A stretch of 63,073 bases of DNA, the filler included, from Reticulomyxa filosa (Eukaryota > Protista > Foraminifera): NCBI GenBank assembly GCA_000512085.1. It is 16 parts of 16 records of this genome, joined end to end, with 100 filler letters (N's around TTAATTAATTAA, not from the genome) between each part and the next. Parts side by side here need not be neighbours in the genome. Positions count along the whole stretch, not along the records: positions 61,635 to 63,073 come from ASPP01007523.1; 15 more parts are not named here. One strand, written 5' to 3'. Position 1 is the first letter of the stretch, and every line of letters begins with the position of its first letter. Positions 61,676-63,073 of this stretch are shown here, piece by piece. The notes under the pieces are model-generated. The model saw only the letters and a list, made by a program, of their open reading frames with translations, ran no database searches and was not told the DNA's origin. Made by a program: the position numbers and the translations under genes.

Positions 61676-62251
61676 CATTACAGGTCTTCTGCCAATTCGA
61701 TCGACAGCCCAAGCTGCCGGGATATTGAATATTAACCTCGTCCAACCCATTGTGGCCAAAACCAAACCGTATTCTATTGTGTTGATGCCGATGTCGTTTG
61801 CGAGCTGTGGCATGATTGGTATCACTATCCCAATTGCCGTGCCCATTAATAGTGAGGAAAACGCGAGTGGATACGTGCGCTTGTCCACCTTTACTAACTT
61901 TTTCTTTTCTTCCGGGTCCATTGGCGATATGCTTTTATCCTCCTCCTTTTCTTCTTTCTTCTCCTCGTTGTCATTCTTTTTTGCAGCCGTCGATGCACCT
62001 TCTTTTGGTATTGTATTGCTCCCGGATGTACTTGATCTATCGTCGCTTGAGAAGTACTGCCGCTGCTTTGACCATGTTAACGCCATTCCATGCTCTTGAC
62101 TGTTGTTGCTTTGCATCAATCCATCCCTGCTGGGCCAGGCTTTTTGTTGAATAATTATACCATTTGAACGTCTTGCTAAAGGCAGTCGTCCCTTACATGT
62201 GAGATATGAACGCGCTTGATGGTGTCTTGTATGAATCAATAACGTCCTCAT
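61672..62251 (-). CDS. Major facilitator superfamily transporter, first exon, with transit-peptide-like N-terminus
   Basis: GIVIPIMPQLA, TM helices and motif A (WAVDRIGRRPV). Arg-rich, acid-free N-terminus. Confidence 0.8.
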
Positions 62252-63025
62252 TTTTTTTTTTAGCCTATTAGCTTTTTATTTATTTATTCTTCGAAATTTG
62301 TGCTTGTGTCATCATGTGCATCAGGGAAGATGTTTTAAAAAAAAAATTCTTTTTAAAGACGCAGTACCTTTTTTCACTTTTTTCAATGTGAATATTTACA
62401 ATCTTTAAATCTGTTCAATAAGTTTGCGAGCGCCTTTTCGAAATGTGTGCAAATTGGAACAACCATCAGAGTTTGTGAATTTTATATATCTTAGCAAAAA
62501 TTGTAATCAAAATCAAGTATTCAACAGATTGAATATTAGTTACTTATTCCAAAAAAAAAATAAAAGTACAAAATGGGGAAAAAAAAGATAAATAAAATGG
62601 GACACACAAAAACTTTTTTTATTTCGAAGATGCGGAAAAAAAAGTTGCCATAGGCACAATATAAATTCATTCTATTGTACAACATCTTTTTTTTCGTTTT
62701 TTTTTTTCCTTGTTGTTTGTTGTTCCGAAGCACTGCAAAAAAAACCCAATTCATTTAACAGAAAGCAAATAAACAAATCAGTCAAAGAAACAAAAAACAA
62801 ACAGACAAAACAAATAAACAAATAACAACAAAACCGTGACAACTGAAAATGATTTTCGGGGAGCAAAAAAATAAAACAAAAAAAAACACATGCAAAAAAA
62901 GTTTGCAAACAAGCCAGAAATTTTTTGGACCCCGTTTTTACTGTTTTAAGCAAACAACCTAAACAAAGTACAATTGAAAACTGTTTCAAACTTTATTGTC
63001 TGTTATGTATGGAGTTAACCCCTTT

Positions 63026-63064
<39 letters not shown>

Positions 63065-63073
63065 TTTTTTTTT

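Noticed and set aside
62536-63073. Hydrophobic ORFs and terminal A30/T13 palindrome
   Set aside because: Low-complexity AAAC-rich sequence and homopolymers at the window end.

Overview
AT-rich eukaryotic genomic DNA with short spliceosomal introns (mostly about 75-150 nt). Base composition, the expanded WD40/TPR/HEAT families and the homopolymer-rich introns suggest a rhizarian protist, probably a foraminiferan such as Reticulomyxa (inference only). The window is a concatenation of contigs joined by 15 artificial 100-nt spacers (N44-TTAATTAATTAA-N44), so adjacency across spacers is unproven. Recognisable genes are SF3B1, an LSM14/Scd6 homologue, a MAPR/PGRMC cytochrome-b5-like protein, a NEK kinase, two GYGD/EF-hand two-pore K+ channels (one with an N-terminal C2-like domain), an ABCG transporter, a GNAT, an RNF213-like AAA+ fragment, a PDZ-SAM-PX protein, a SNAPC4-like Myb protein, a sulfotransferase, a TRAF7-like RING/TRAF-WD40 protein, a PAC2-family protein, an MFS transporter, an LRR membrane protein and a thioredoxin-domain first exon. 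There are also many WD40/NACHT pseudogene fragments, decayed LINE pieces and Tc1/mariner-like termini. The most notable observations are: (1) an apparently divergent splicing code, with poly(A)-AG acceptors instead of polypyrimidine tracts and many GTT donors, alongside substitutions in the SF3B1 hotspot loop; (2) single oversized, hairpin-packed introns in SF3B1 and LSM14; (3) a conserved, GC-rich, apparently structured ~290-nt LINE leader present in two copies.
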